DNA from: Balamuthia mandrillaris
Taxonomy: Eukaryota
Length of the DNA stretch: 64,000 bases
Direction: 5' to 3'
NCBI GenBank assembly: GCA_031835245.2
Contig: JAVKOQ020000023.1
Coordinates: forward strand, 124,001 to 188,000
The notes below the pieces were generated by a model. That model saw nothing but the letters and a program-made list of their open reading frames with translations. It did not search any database and was not told where the DNA came from. A program made the position numbers and the translations under genes. Positions 1 through 12,388 of the stretch are shown here, in pieces (position 1 is the first letter of the stretch; each line of letters opens with the position of its first letter).

Positions 1-128
1 TCCTCGTTCCCACGATGGCTCCTCCCCCACCTCACGAGCTTGTCGTTGCTCGTGCCCAACTCCTCCCCTTTGCTGCTTCGAAGGGTAGCAGCCGCCAATG
101 CGCCTCCTCCTCCATCCATTTTCATCAT
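1..128 (-). CDS. 5' end of an unidentified gene running off the window
   Basis: ATG at 128 opens a frame (MMKMDGGGGALAAATLRSSKGEELG...) that stays open to position 1; no domain recognised. Confidence 0.3.
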   Translation of the reverse strand, partial: MMKMDGGGGALAAATLRSSKGEELGTSNDKLVRWGRSHRGNE

Positions 129-356
129 CCCTAGTTTGTTCTGTTAACTGCCTGCCTAGCTTGCTTGCCTCCTTCCTTCCTTCTTACTTTGCTTGCTTGC
201 CTGGTTTGTTGCTACTCTTTTCGCTACGTTTTTTCGGTGTTGTGTGTTACACTCACTACATTTTTTTGTTGGTGTAGTAAATCGATGATATGTCCATGTA
301 CACAGTACGGTAAGGGGGAGGATGTGCTACTCATTGAAGGAGGAGGAGGGAGGCCA

Positions 357-1387
357 TCAGCAGCTTTTTTCTTGCTCCTGCTCATCATCCAGCAGTTCGC
401 CCAGGTAATCCGTTTGGGACTTTGCGGGAAAGAGAAGAAAGGGTCATTCAAGAGAATGGTGGAGAGCGAGAGAGAGAGAGAGAGAACGAACCAACTGATA
501 AGCCAGGGGACCCTTGTTCCAATCGTTCGAGAAGGTGGAGGAGGCACTGCCATCACCATTGTTGTCACTCTCCCCCATCAGCAACTCCTCCATGTTCAGC
601 AAAGCTGCCTGAACACCATCTTCATCTTCATCTTCACCCAACGTTTTGCTCTCTTGCTGTTGTTTTTGTTGTTCTTCCAGAAGTAACAAAGAGGTAAGTT
701 GGCTGCCTATTCGTGATCCTCCGAGCATTCGGTTGTGGTTCGTTGCTTGTTGTTGTTGTTGATGTGTTGAAGAGGTAGAGGTGGAGAGTGGGTCTGCCAA
801 AGAGAAAAAGTTTTGTGAATCTCCTCCACCTCCTCCGCCGCCCCAGAGATCCTCCAGTTGTGACGGCATCTCGTCAAGTGCGCTCTGCGTCGGTTGCTTT
901 TTCACAGGAAAAAATAAGATCAACAGCGAAATCAAACAAACAAACAACAAAAACGTACTGATGGTTCTGTTTCTTCTTCATAGTCAGAGGCTGAGGAAGA
1001 CGAGGGAGGCAGGGACTCTGACTGAAAGGAAAAAGCGTCAAAATGTCCCCTTTTCCTCGTTCTCCTCCTTCCCTTCCTGTGTCTTTTGTTGGAATGGTTG
1101 GCTCCGTTGTGCAGGGGCGTTTCTTCCGGAGAAGAAGAGCGTAGCAGCCGGCTGGGGCTAACATCGAGGGTACGTGAGCCGAAAGAGAGCCGTTGAGAGG
1201 GGATGGCGACGTTCAAAGAGCAACATATCTGGGGCAGGTAGCCCTCTTGCTGGATTCTTCGTTGGATCTCCGCTATCTTTTCTGGCTCAGGTTCTGGTTC
1301 GGAGGAAGCAACCTCCTCTTCATCCTCATCTTTCGCACATCTTTGCATCTCTCTCTTTTGTTTTCCCTTTTGTACTTCCGCATTCAT
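357..1387 (-). CDS. Hypothetical low-complexity protein, about 3 exons
   Basis: ORF from 1387 joins ORF 444..950 in phase 0 through a GT(958)..AG(897) intron; a probable last exon SQTDYLGELLDDEQEQEKSC* follows a (TC)n intron. No recognised domain. Confidence 0.5.
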
Positions 1388-2258
1388 CCTGTGTTCTCTT
1401 GATCTTAGGATCCAAGATCAAAACGATCGACGGGACAACCCACACACCGCCAGGTACGCACGTTCAAAGCTTGGCGCAAACAACTTTGTTCGTTTTCCAA
1501 TTATCATCATGCCAATCATCGTAACAATTATTACCCAAGCAAAACGATCCCGTGCCAAACTTGTCCATGAAAAACGGAGAGAAATCCCTGGACATCATTG
1601 TTAGTGTTGGGTCCTTATGCGAAGCATAGGGTTCCGTAATTTCATAATGGACCATACCCAGATGGTTTTCCTTTTTATGTCGCGAAAACTTGGAGCGAAA
1701 AAACAAAACGGAAAAGAGTGTTATAGTGCCGCTCCCTAGGTGCACAAGTCCTTGGCACACACCCGGAAGATTCCTTCTCTCTCCTTTTTTTTTTTCCTTA
1801 TCGCTTGATTTTCTGAAAGAAAAGAGAACCCAAGGTGGAGAAGACCGAATACGACCGATAAAGGCACAAAAGAAAAAGGCTCCTGCTTGGGAAAGATTGT
1901 TTTTGATTTTTGTTTTTTCACAAGTTGCCTGGGCCTCCTGTTCCACCATAAGGTAGAAGAAAGAGTAACAACAAGGCGGCAAGAAGAAGAAGCAAAAAAA
2001 AAAACCGTTCTACCTAGACAGGCGTTCCAAGTCTGCTGTTTTCTTTGCCCGCTTTGTCTCGCGAGTCAAAAAACGAAGACAACCAGGAGCTACCGCTATA
2101 TAGGCGGAACAAGTAGAAACAAAGAGGAAGCAAAATTCGAGCGGCAAACAACAACAGCGGTGCCCACCCTGGCAGCTTGCTTCACCGCCGAGAGCGAGGC
2201 CCCAACCCTTGGGTGCCTCTCACCGTCGACTAAATCAGCGGCACTACCCCCCGACATC

Positions 2259-5200
2259 ATGGACGACGTGTTCAGCAGCGAGTCCTCTGAGGACTATGAC
2301 ATTTGCGAACAGCCTTCTTACCTTCAGTTACGATCTTTCTTTCCCTTTTCCCTGTTTAAGTTTCTTTCAGCGTTTTTTCGTTGTTCTTCTTCTTCTTCTT
2401 CTTCTTCTTGTTCTTCTTGTTCTTCTTCTTGTTCTTCTTCTTGTTCTTCTTCTTCTTCTTCTTGTTCTTCTTGTTCTTCTTGTTCTTCTTCTTCTCCTCC
2501 TCCTCCTCCTCCTCCTTCTCCTCTCTCCTCCTCCTCCCTCCCTCCTCCTCCTCCTCCTCCCCTCTCCCTCCTCCTCCTCCTCCTCCTCCTCCTCTCTCTC
2601 TCTTCTCTCTTTCTCTCCCTCTCCCTCATGAGTAATAAGTTTTATATTTTGTGACACCAAAACATGAAACTAATAATCTTCAAACAAAAAAAAACCAAAA
2701 AGAATGTTGAACCTGAAAGAAGAGGAATGCGAGTTGCTGCCACCGACTTCAACGGGACCGCCTTGCACCTCCGTTCCCGTGGTAGACTATCACTTTGTAG
2801 ATTTTGGTTCCTCTGATGAATTCGTGCCGCAACATCAAAACCAACAACCTCCTCTTCACCACCACAACAATAACAATCTCCACAATAGCAACAGCAACAC
2901 TTACCCACAACACCCAGCCACTTTACGCAACACCCATTCTCCTCCGCACACTAGCTCAGCAACCACTTCCCAATGTTCCTCGCCAGCCCCTTCTTCGGCC
3001 CCTTCTTCTTCCAATGGAGGAGCTCCTCCAACGAACAACAAAACTATCACTTCAGCCCCGCCGCAGTACTATTCGTCGCCCACTAGCCATTCTGACACGG
3101 AGGTGCCCACCTCCACTTCCTCTCCCTATTCACCTGCTCCTCGTACTCCTGGCAGCACTTATGGCGAACCCGAGGTTTGCATTCTTCCTGCTTTTTATTT
3201 TCTGCCTCCACTCTTATCTTTCGTCCTCCGCCATTATCGTTCTTTCTTCCTTTCGTGCTTTCATATTCTATCTTCTTACCTCCTTTCTGTTTTCGTACAA
3301 ATAAGCAGTTAACAGGTTCGGTGGTGGATCAGATATGGGGTCTACAAGCAAAGCAACAACAACAGTTCGATGAGCTGCGTCAACGCCAAAGGTTGCTTTT
3401 GCAAAACCCTACTCCCTCCGAAGAGGACTTCAACTTTGTATATCTCATGCTCAACAACCTCAAAGCTGCCATCGATTCACAATATAAGGCCATACTCCTT
3501 TATTTCAAGAAGACGGTAATGAGCTTTGAGGTACAGTATTCAGCATTCTTTTGTTCACTTAGGCTGTTTTCTTTGCTCACAGGCAAACTAACTAACAAAA
3601 TATAAACACAGGAGCTCAGTCGTTGGTCTGCGCTTAAACAAAGGTTGGAGGGCATACAAAGCACGCAGTTGAAACTCTTCGAGAGAGAACTCTTGCAACT
3701 TACACCGCATAGACCAGAGATACCTGAATGGTAATATTTTACTCTCCGTTCTTATGACTACAAAAGAATGTTTAACTCTATGACGAAAACAAAAAAAACC
3801 ATGACCAAACAGCTACGTGGCGTTGGTAATAACAGAAGGACCAGCTTCGGAATGTGTTTTCAAGGGGAAACAGTTCCAGCAGCCGTGGGTCCTGCACCTC
3901 GTCACAGGAGCCAACGTGGACATAAGTTATCTCTCCAAAGTGACGGCTCAGGTCATTTCAGAAAGCACCAGCCTCCCCAAAGGAAGGCCCGGCAAGAAGA
4001 GACAGGATTTCATCAACTCTGCGGAGCAAAGGTACATCTTGTTCCACAGCTATTGTGTTCTTACGAGGATAGCAGGCTTACTTATATTTTTTTGCCTATT
4101 GTTTTCTGGCTGCAGCAAATTCTTGCAGCAAGGACAGACCGTTCAGTTCCATCCTCACTTCACTTTAGGAACCAGGAAAACTCCTGCTACCATAAAGTTT
4201 AGTCTTACCTGTAAAGTTGGCGACAATCCCACCGCCTACAATGGTATACTTCTCTCTCTATCTCTCTCTCTTTCACTCCTCTGATCTTAACGCTCTTTCG
4301 TTGTTTGTTGTTTAAAACAGTGGAGAGCGAGCAATCACAACCGTTTATTGTGATAACCAACGAAAACCAATGGGATGGCTCTGAGTCTGCTCTCATCAAG
4401 AAAGAAGCGTTCAACGAACGGGTACGTCTTTTTCTTCAATGCCTCTCTGCTCCCGCTTCTTCTTTTCTTATTTAAACATTACAGGAAGAAGTAATGTGGC
4501 CGCAACTGGCCAATGTGCTGCACATGCACCTGGTACGAGCAACGCGGCAGGACCCTAACCGTCCAGAACGTACCCTCCACTATGACGATTTTGCCTACCT
4601 GCACGAGAAGTTCTTCAAGAACAGCGCCACAGTCACCCAAAGCAACTTCGACCAGTTTTGGGATTGGTTCTCCAAGGGCCTCCACGCCATGCGGTACCAG
4701 AAGCACGTTAACATTCTGTGGAGAGAGGGCCTTATTTATGGTTTTTGTACAAAGGTTTGCCTTTTTATTTTGTTGCTCTCTTTTCTTCATCATCATCATC
4801 TTTGCTTCTTCTTCTTCTTTTTGTTCTTCTTCTTCTTCTTGTTCTTCTTCTTCTTCTTCTTCTTCTTCTTCTTGTTCTTCTTCTTCTTCTTCTTCTTCTT
4901 CTTCTTCTTCTTCTTCTCCTTTGCTCTCATCCCCCTCTATTTTCTGTTTTTTCTCTTTCCGACTAACCAACAACAAATGAAATGCAGGAAACAACAGAGC
5001 TGATGTTGCATGAAAAGCCCAACAAGACGTACATCATTCGGCTAAGCGAACAACATGGCGGCTCCTACGCCATCGCCTACAGACACAAAGGCCAGGTCAA
5101 GCACTACCTCGTGCGAACGGACCAAATGGGCCACAAGAAGAGCCTCCCCGAGTTCCTGCTGGAGAACACCATCTTCAAGCACTGCCTGCAGCTCTACTAC

Positions 5201-5362
5201 GAGGCCAACCGACAGCCCACTTTGAGGCTGGTGCTGAAGGATGCCGCTTTGGAGAGGTTCAAGCCCGGAGCGCCGGCACCTCCCCCCAAGGGCTACGATG
5301 AGCTGCCAGCAGATGATGACAGCGACGAGGACGGCTATGTGGCTGGCGGTTCAAGCTGCTGA
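2259..5362 (+). CDS. STAT: STAT transcription factor, Dictyostelium/amoebozoan type (multi-exon)
   Basis: Spliced ORFs give a low-complexity N-terminus, a coiled coil (VVDQIWGLQAKQQQQFDELRQRQ), a DNA-binding domain (ALVITEGP..CVFKGKQF; SQPFIVITNENQW), a linker (WPQLANVLHMHLVRATRQD), an SH2 domain (IYGFCTK..TYIIRLSEQHGGSYAIAY) and a C-terminal tyrosine tail (PKGYDEL). Confidence 0.93.
2381..2625 (+). repeat. Compound (TTC)n/(CCT)n/(CT)n microsatellite in STAT intron 1, representative of many in the window
   Basis: Directly visible. Similar tracts at about 4805-4918, 13470-13650, 41220-41470, 44445-44640 and 45665-45845. Confidence 0.95.
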
Positions 5363-5794
5363 ATGAGGAATTCTCTCTTATTTTTTATTGTGAGCATTTT
5401 TTTTGTTTTGTTTTTGATTCTCCTGTGATAAAACGTTTCATCTCTTTTCCTATTGAAACGAAAGACGCAAATATCCGTCTGCTGTGCATAAGGCAGGCTT
5501 GGGGCGCACTTTTTTGGACAAAGAGCAGGGCAGATAAAGGACACACCGTTTCTCTCATTCATTTTTTAATCCCATAATGCATTTCATCAACTGCGACTCC
5601 TATTTAAAGGCCAAACCGCCAAATTCAGTCCTCATAGAAGTTTTTCGAATCATAGTATTATTTTGCTATGTTTTCTTAACTTTCCTAATCAATCAATCTC
5701 TCAAAAAACGCGGGGAAGCATTAATGCCAGCAGGAGGCCCTTATTTTTCACTTCTTGGTTGGTGTCCACCGGTTTTTGTAGAAGAAAATGCCCC

Positions 5795-8444
5795 TCAATG
5801 ACAATACCTTTGTCCCTTTTTACTCTCGGATGATGGAAATGCTATGAGGGGTGACAGTTCACTCAACCAACAAAAAAAAAAAAGATAAGAGCGAGAGAGA
5901 GAGAGAGCAAATGATTTGATATGTGACCTCGGAAGGTGGCTGGGATATAAATGTCTCCACTGCCTGGGTGGTTTCTTCTTCTTTCTCATTGTACAAAGTG
6001 GGGCGAAGTACATACAAAAAGACAAACGGAAGAAAGAATAACTACTCATCATCAAATATCCACCTGGCGAGGAGCGGTTGGTCATTTGTGTGAGGAAATG
6101 GAGGAATGCCATACGGGAATCCCTTTTCTCTCTCTTGGTCATACCCAGCGAAAAGAAGCGCCCAGTTCCAGTTCCAGGGAAAGCCCACTCTGTCCTCCCT
6201 GGTCAGCGGCGCCAACTCCGTTACGAAGGGGTAGGGCCACTCCCACTCTGGCCAAGCGGTCAGGTCGTAGGAGCTGTTGATGAAGGTCTGCTCCTTACGA
6301 AAGTTCAAGGAGCAGGTCACATCGGCATACACTCCCATTTCTGGTTTTCCTAAAGCTTTTGTACAACGGATTAGATACATTTGCTGATCAGAAATAGAAG
6401 CACAGAAAGAGTGAAGAGAGAGGAGAGAGAGAAGAGAAAAGAGGAGTTTTGACCACATAAGATAGAAACAAAGGATGGTAAACTAACCTATCCACCTGCT
6501 TCTCACAAACTCAAGGTTTGCGCTGTTTCCTGACAGGAGTTGTGCTTTCAAAAATAGAGCAGCCTGATGTAGGTAGTCCGGGCGAGCACCAAACTTGCGA
6601 ATCTGCTTTGGAAGGAACAACCCTCTCGTGCCTTCCACTGAAATTCTCAACTTACGCAACTCGTAGTCGAGACTGAGGGCCAACTCTGGGTCTGATGTCA
6701 CTTTGTCGCTGTTGAGCACGTTCAATAAGCGCTCTGTCTGCACTTTGGGAGCGAACCAGATGACAGAGGAGCATGACTTGTCTCTAAGTTTCATGCGCCA
6801 TGAAAAGCGGTGGCCATACTCATTCCAGGCAACGTTACCTTATTTTCGTATTTTTTTCGAGAAGCAGAGAAAATAAGAACAACAAGAAGAGGAGAGACTT
6901 AAGAAGCAACGGGGTATACCTGGATACAACCAATGGCGCAAAGGTAAGTAAATCTGATGGAGCAAGAACAAAAGACAAGCCACCAGTATGAATATTTCCT
7001 TCCAAGTGAGCTTTCTGTCCGAACATCTACTCCTCATCCGCATTGCCTTGATCCTCTGCTTCAAAGCCTCCCTGTTTCGCACGAACTGTGCAGCTGCTGA
7101 CTGCGAGTTCATGATTACGTCCTTCCGTTGTCTCTCCCTCTCTCTTTGTTTCCGTTCCTCTGTTGTTGCATTCTCCTTCTCTTCCTCTTCCTCTCCCTTT
7201 CTCTCTGTTTCGTTCTTCTCTCTCCTCTGCAGGATTGCACTTGACATTTCGATATCCAACAGCTCTTGAAGCATCAACTCCAACGGGGGAAAGATTCGCG
7301 GCCAATCCGGAACGAAGAAGAGTGTCATGCCAGCCAAGCACATCCAAGGAAAGATGCCAATGTTGAAAATGAGCTTATTGCTGAGATGGAAGAACAAGGA
7401 CATCAGAACGGCTGTCCACCGGATCCATTTCTTACCAGAGATCAACATGAAGCCCACAACAAGGTCGTAGACGAGTCCTCCGTAGGAGAAAAAGTAAGGA
7501 GCCCACCGAGTTACAAGAATAGGTCCAAGCAACGGCAGAAACTCTCTCTTGGCCAACCAATGACGCAAAGGCTCCCCTCGCAGCCAGTCCTCGTTGAGCT
7601 TGGCCACTCCCGCATAGGTGTATACTATCACGAACACCCATCGCAATAGCAAGATGCACCAACGAGGAACCACGCCTTCTTGTTGTCGTTGCAGTAACAT
7701 CGCTTCTTTCCGCTGCTTCTCCTTTCTCTCATCGTCTTCTTCATCATCGTTGATAGCCAAGCTTAATGCAGAAGAAGAAGAAGAAGAAGAAGAAGAAGAA
7801 GAAGAAGAAGAAGCACAAGAAGAAGAAGAACAAGAAGAAGAAGAAGAAGAACTAGAAGGGAACATTACTCTCCAAACAACGTTGTCCAAAGACCACGTAG
7901 CGTTGGCCGGGATGAAGATCAACAACACTTGTATCACGCACAGCAGGTAAAAGTGGTTGAGGTAGTAGGTGGCATCCAGCAAATACAAGTAGGCGAACCC
8001 CACCAAAAAGCCCAGCGCAGAGACCCTGTACAACAGGCCCGCCGCCATGAAGACGGCCGACACCAACAGCAAGAACAGATGGAGAGAGAACGCCGTGGTG
8101 GAGGCGTAGGGCTCCACCCAGGAGAACCCGTAGTACTTGGGGTGAAATGCGTTTGCCAGGAAGTGCTGCTTGGTCTTGGCCATGCCGCCCTGCATGAAGG
8201 TGAGGACCTCCCAAGCCATCACCAGGCCCCAGAGCACACGAAAGACCGCCAGCGAGGCACCATCCACCGGTTCGAAGAACCAACTTAGCCGTTTGTGAGA
8301 GGGCGGTGAAGGGTGTCGCTTTGTGGAGGAAGAGGCCGAGTGGAGAGGCATTGAAGGTGGACCCGGTGGCTTGGTGGTGTCATGGCTCCGTTCTTCGTCG
8401 TCGTCGGTGACAGAGTTCACCGCAATAGGCTTTCTTCTCTGCAT
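5795..8444 (-). CDS. HTTM-domain / vitamin K-dependent gamma-glutamyl carboxylase-like membrane protein
   Basis: Motifs EPVDGASLAVFRVLWG, PKYYGFSWV, LLDATYYLNHFYL, YAGVAKLNEDWLRGEP, FHLSNKLIFNIGIFPW and QIYLPLRHWLYPG; after an intron NVAWNEYGHRFSWRMKLR, and in a later exon GVYADVTCSLNFRKEQTFI. The 3' end is approximate. Confidence 0.88.
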
Positions 8445-8814
8445 TTTTTCGCGGTGCACTTCCTCCTCTTCCAGCCGGTGTTGGTTGGGAGCCTCACTTG
8501 CCTCACTTCTTCTCTTCGTAGAACGTGCTCCCACAGCTGGAGAAACAGAGAAAAGTTCGTAGCGAGCTGCTGCCACCTGTGCTGTGTGGGGATGACTTTT
8601 TCTTGTTTCGGGTCGACGCCTCACCTTAATTTACTCGTTAGAGAAATTGAATTCTTGGAACTTCTGCCTTAAAAAAGAAAAAGAAAAAAGTGTTTCGTAT
8701 GGGGTTCGAACGGACGCACTTGACTAATTTTTTACAAAAAAATCTGAGGGTTGCGATCCAGCGTCGAACCGGCGAACCCCACAACAATAAAAAAGAAAGG
8801 AGCAGAGGAAGAAG

Positions 8815-9814
8815 ATGCAACAACAGCAGCAACAACAACAACAACCCACAGGAGGACCGCAAGCCCCACAAGGGCAACAACAACATACGGGTTCGTCCTC
8901 CCCCTCGATGCAAGCTCAGGCTCAACATCCCGCTGCCATGGCCTCCCCCGTGATGGGCCACCACCCTTCCCCTCACTCCCCCGCCGCCCAACAGCACGCC
9001 CACGCCCACACCCCTCCGTTGCCTCCCTCCTCCCCCATCCCCACCGCTACCCCTTCCACCGCCCCTCCCACCACCCCCCAGCAGGCGTTTTCACAGCTTC
9101 CACCCGCCGTGCAGGCCCAACACCTGCGCACCATCCAGCAGCACCAACAGGCCGCCGCCGCTGCAGCTGCCGCCAGGAACATGCCACCCCCTCCACACGC
9201 CTCCTCTGCCCCTGCTGCCTCCTCTCAAGCCGCTGTCGGCTCCACCCCCGCCGGACCGCCCTCCTCCCAAACCTCTGCTGCCTTGCAACAGCACCACCAA
9301 CAGCTGCTGCGGCAGCAGCAACAACAAAGACAGCAGCAAATGGCCAACACGGCTGCTGCTGCCTCCTCCTCCTCCTCTGCACTGAACTCCTCTTCCGGCT
9401 CCACGCTCCAAATGACACAAGTCACACCCGCTCAAATGCAACAACAACATCAGCTCCAACTTCAACAACAGCAGCAGCAACAACAACAACCGCCACCACC
9501 GCAACAACCACCACAACAGATGACAGCATCCTCCACAAGCGCACCAGCACCACAACCGGGAGGAGGGGCGGCCACGCCACCAACAACGAGAGCACCTCCG
9601 TCGAGCCACATGCAGCAAATGCAGCACATCACCAAAGTGCAGAGGCAGCAACAGCAGGAACCCCATGAGATACTCACCAAGCAAAAGCTACAGGAGCTTC
9701 TTCAACAGATATCACCCTTTGAGCGGTTAGAACCTGAAGTTGAAGACGTTCGTTTTTTTTCTTCCCCTTCCCCTTTCGTTATCAACAGAAATAGAGAGAG
9801 AGAGAGAGAGAGCG

Positions 9815-9853
<39 letters not shown>

Positions 9854-10221
9854 GGCAGAGGAGCAGAGGGCAAGGCAGAGCAGGGCAAAGAGAGAGAGAA
9901 ACAAGAGAGTAAACTTACGTTTTTTTTTTGCCCTGTCAACAGATACTGGTGGAGATCGCAGAGGACTTTATCGAAAGCGTGACAAGCTTCGCTTGCAGCC
10001 TCGCCAAACATCGCAACTCGGACACGTTGGAGGTCAAAGACTTGGCTCTCCACCTAGAACGAAATTGGGACATCAAGATCCCTGGTTATTCCTCTTCCTC
10101 CTCTTCCTCGGATACTGCCATTCGTCAGTATCGGAGGCCGACCATCCCGGAAGCCCACAAACAACGTCTTGCTGCCATTCGACGAACCACAGCCAGCAAA
10201 AAGAGAAAAGACATGAAGTGA
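8815..10221 (+). CDS. TAF12: TFIID subunit 12 with a long Q/P/A-rich N-terminus
   Basis: Histone fold ILTKQKLQELLQQISPFERLEPEVED|ILVEIAEDFIESVTSFACSLAKHRNSDTLEVKDLALHLERNWDIKIPG, split by a (GA)n intron. Confidence 0.95.
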
Positions 10222-10421
10222 TGATGATGTTGCGTTTCAAAGAATCTGTTGTTTAGTTAGTTTGAACAAGGAGAAGGGAGGAGAAGAAACGGAAAGGAAA
10301 AAGAGAGCGACTAAGAAACACAAAAAAAAGCAAAGGTAGATAGAAGAAAGAAGAAAGAAAAACACAGAAGAAACATATAAAGAAATACAAGAAAAGGAAG
10401 ATAGCGTACATGAACCAATGC

Positions 10422-11122
10422 TCAGCAAGCTTCTCCAGAAGGAACAAGTAACAGGTAAGATTGTAGCGTTTTGACGGGACAAGATTTCCTACTGGCAAGA
10501 TAGCCGTGCACTTGCCGTTCCACTGTTGAAGCAAAGTCGCCTTCGTGTGTATCATTCTTTTCACTGTTGCTTTGGCTTCTGAAGCGATGAAGAGCGAATA
10601 GAATAGAGGAGAAGGGTGATTGCTTAGCTGCTAAAGCGAAGCTCTTCTTTTCGTTTCCTGATGAAGAAGAGGCAACTGCTTTGGTGTAATCAGATGTCAC
10701 TTGCTGACATAACGACCGATACCGCCGTCGCGTTGTGTGATAAAGTATCCTCTGTTCTGGAAAGAGTCTTGCAAACTCCTCCTCGCTTTGGCTAAATATT
10801 ACATTTTCTCCTTCCATGTCTGAAGCACTAAGAAGTGCTCTTTCCTCCTCCTTTCGAACAATGTCGAGCGTGAGTCGTTCTATTTTTGCTGCTTTCACTG
10901 TTGCCACTTTGCTCACATTCGAAGAAGTATCGGACGCAGAAGAAGAAGGAGGCAGCGAAGGTGTTGGAGTAGCTGAAGAAGCAGAATAAAGGTAACGATA
11001 AAGGTCAAGATAGAGAGCTGGTATTGATTGTATAGATTCCCCTGTTGAGGCTTCGTTCTATTCGTTTTAAAAGGTTAGAAATAAATCTTAGACAAGCGAA
11101 AGAAGAGGACTCGAGAAGAGAG

Positions 11123-11156
<34 letters not shown>

Positions 11157-12343
11157 CAAGAGGTAATGGAAGAGGATCAGGAGGCAAAGGATCAGCCGGG
11201 TACTGAGCCATCAACGCCAAATATATAGGCCGGTATTTTCGTTCGTACTCGCTCCATTCATAGCCCAGTGCTTCCTCCTGGAGTTCTCTCCAATATACAT
11301 TCGCGACAGAATAGTCCGTTATGCATCCCTCGCTCAAGATCTGAAGCCCAAAGTGAAGGTATCGCAAAGAATGGACCAACATCTTCTTGCTTCGGTGCAA
11401 CAGCTCCGCTTTCTCTTTGTCGAGCTTCTTGTGGTCTTCGTCGTCGTCGTCGTCGTGACTGGGCGAGGTCTGTCGTCGAGGATGAAGAGCGGCGGCCTCC
11501 TTGCAGTAGACTTTTGCTCTGTTGTTGCAACTGCACGCTTTGCGAAAGAAAGAACGTTTCAACGTTGCTATTGCTGCGGGTGAAAACGAAGAAGAAGGAG
11601 AAGGAGAAGGAGAAGAAGAAGAAGAAGAAGAAGAAGAAGAAGAAGAAGAAGAAGAAGAAGAAGAAGCAGATGAAGAAGAAGAAGAAGAAGAAGAAGAAGA
11701 AGAAGAAGAAGAACAAGAAGAAGACTGTTGATAATAGTGAAGAAGCTCTTCCTGGCTAATCCGTTCCAGCCAACGGTGCTGCGGCGGAAGGAACAAACAA
11801 AAGAGGGCGATGAAGTGCTGGGACTGCAGCATGCCCAGAAAGGAGGAAAGGGTGTAGATGGCAGCGTTGAGCACGGGCGGAGAGGAACAAGACGAAGAAG
11901 AAGAGGAAGAAGAAGGGGCTTCCATAAGATTGCTGCCAGCATAGTCATCACTGACGACTACCAAAAAGTCCCTTTTGGACGATCTCCCGAATTGATGAGA
12001 GGAAAGAACGAAAGAAGCAACAAGAGAGAAGCACAAACCAATCCGAGTCCGGCTGGTGCGTTTGGTAGACGCGCGAGCCAAGTTGATAGACGTTCAAAAC
12101 TTGGTAGCTCGTGTCTCCCTTCTTCTGCTCTTCTCCTCTTGCCTTTGATGACCCATCCACCTCCTCCTCCTGTTCTTCCGTTGTGGCGCGATGCGTGAAA
12201 GCGGATGCCAGCGGCTGTTGTTGGAGCTGCACGGGTTGCGGTGGTGGCGGCGGCGGAAAGCCAAACGTATCAAAGAGGGTTTGCAGAGTGACCTGAGTCG
12301 CTGCTTGTTCTTCTTCCTCTTGAGGCTTCTTCTTCCGTTCCAT
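10422..12343 (-). CDS. Pol-beta-superfamily nucleotidyltransferase fused to an Rnl1-like RNA-ligase C-terminal helical domain
   Basis: NVYQLGSRVYQTHQPDSDW|DFLVVV is a GS...DxD NTase motif; a helical region KKMLVHSLRYLHFGLQIL follows. The last exon has EEFARLFPE..YRSL..KSFALAAKQSPFSSILFAL, which from memory resembles the C-termini of bacterial/phage Rnl1-type ligases. Confidence 0.7.
10598..10813 (+). repeat. Source copy of a 216-bp direct duplication (other copy at 29064-29279)
   Basis: ATAGAATAGAGGAGAAGGG...ACATTTTCTCCTT is identical by eye at both sites, with a constant offset of 18466. Confidence 0.95.
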
Positions 12344-12388
12344 CTCTCTCTAGTCTGCTTTCTTTCTGTTTAGCAGAAAAAAATAAAT

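Noticed and set aside
2209..2660. Many poly-F/L/E/R/K ORFs here and at other microsatellites
   Set aside because: They are artefacts of stop-free triplet repeats in introns or on the antisense strand.
6042..6458. ORF MWSKLLFSLLSLLSL... that looks like a stand-alone secreted protein
   Set aside because: The apparent signal peptide is pyrimidine-rich intron sequence; the rest (GVYADVTCSLN...) continues the HTTM/carboxylase gene.
8695..8785. GGGGTTCGAA (tRNA B-box-like) with a short inverted match CGAACCCC
   Set aside because: No cloverleaf or A-box can be built; it lies in the divergent promoter between the HTTM gene and TAF12.
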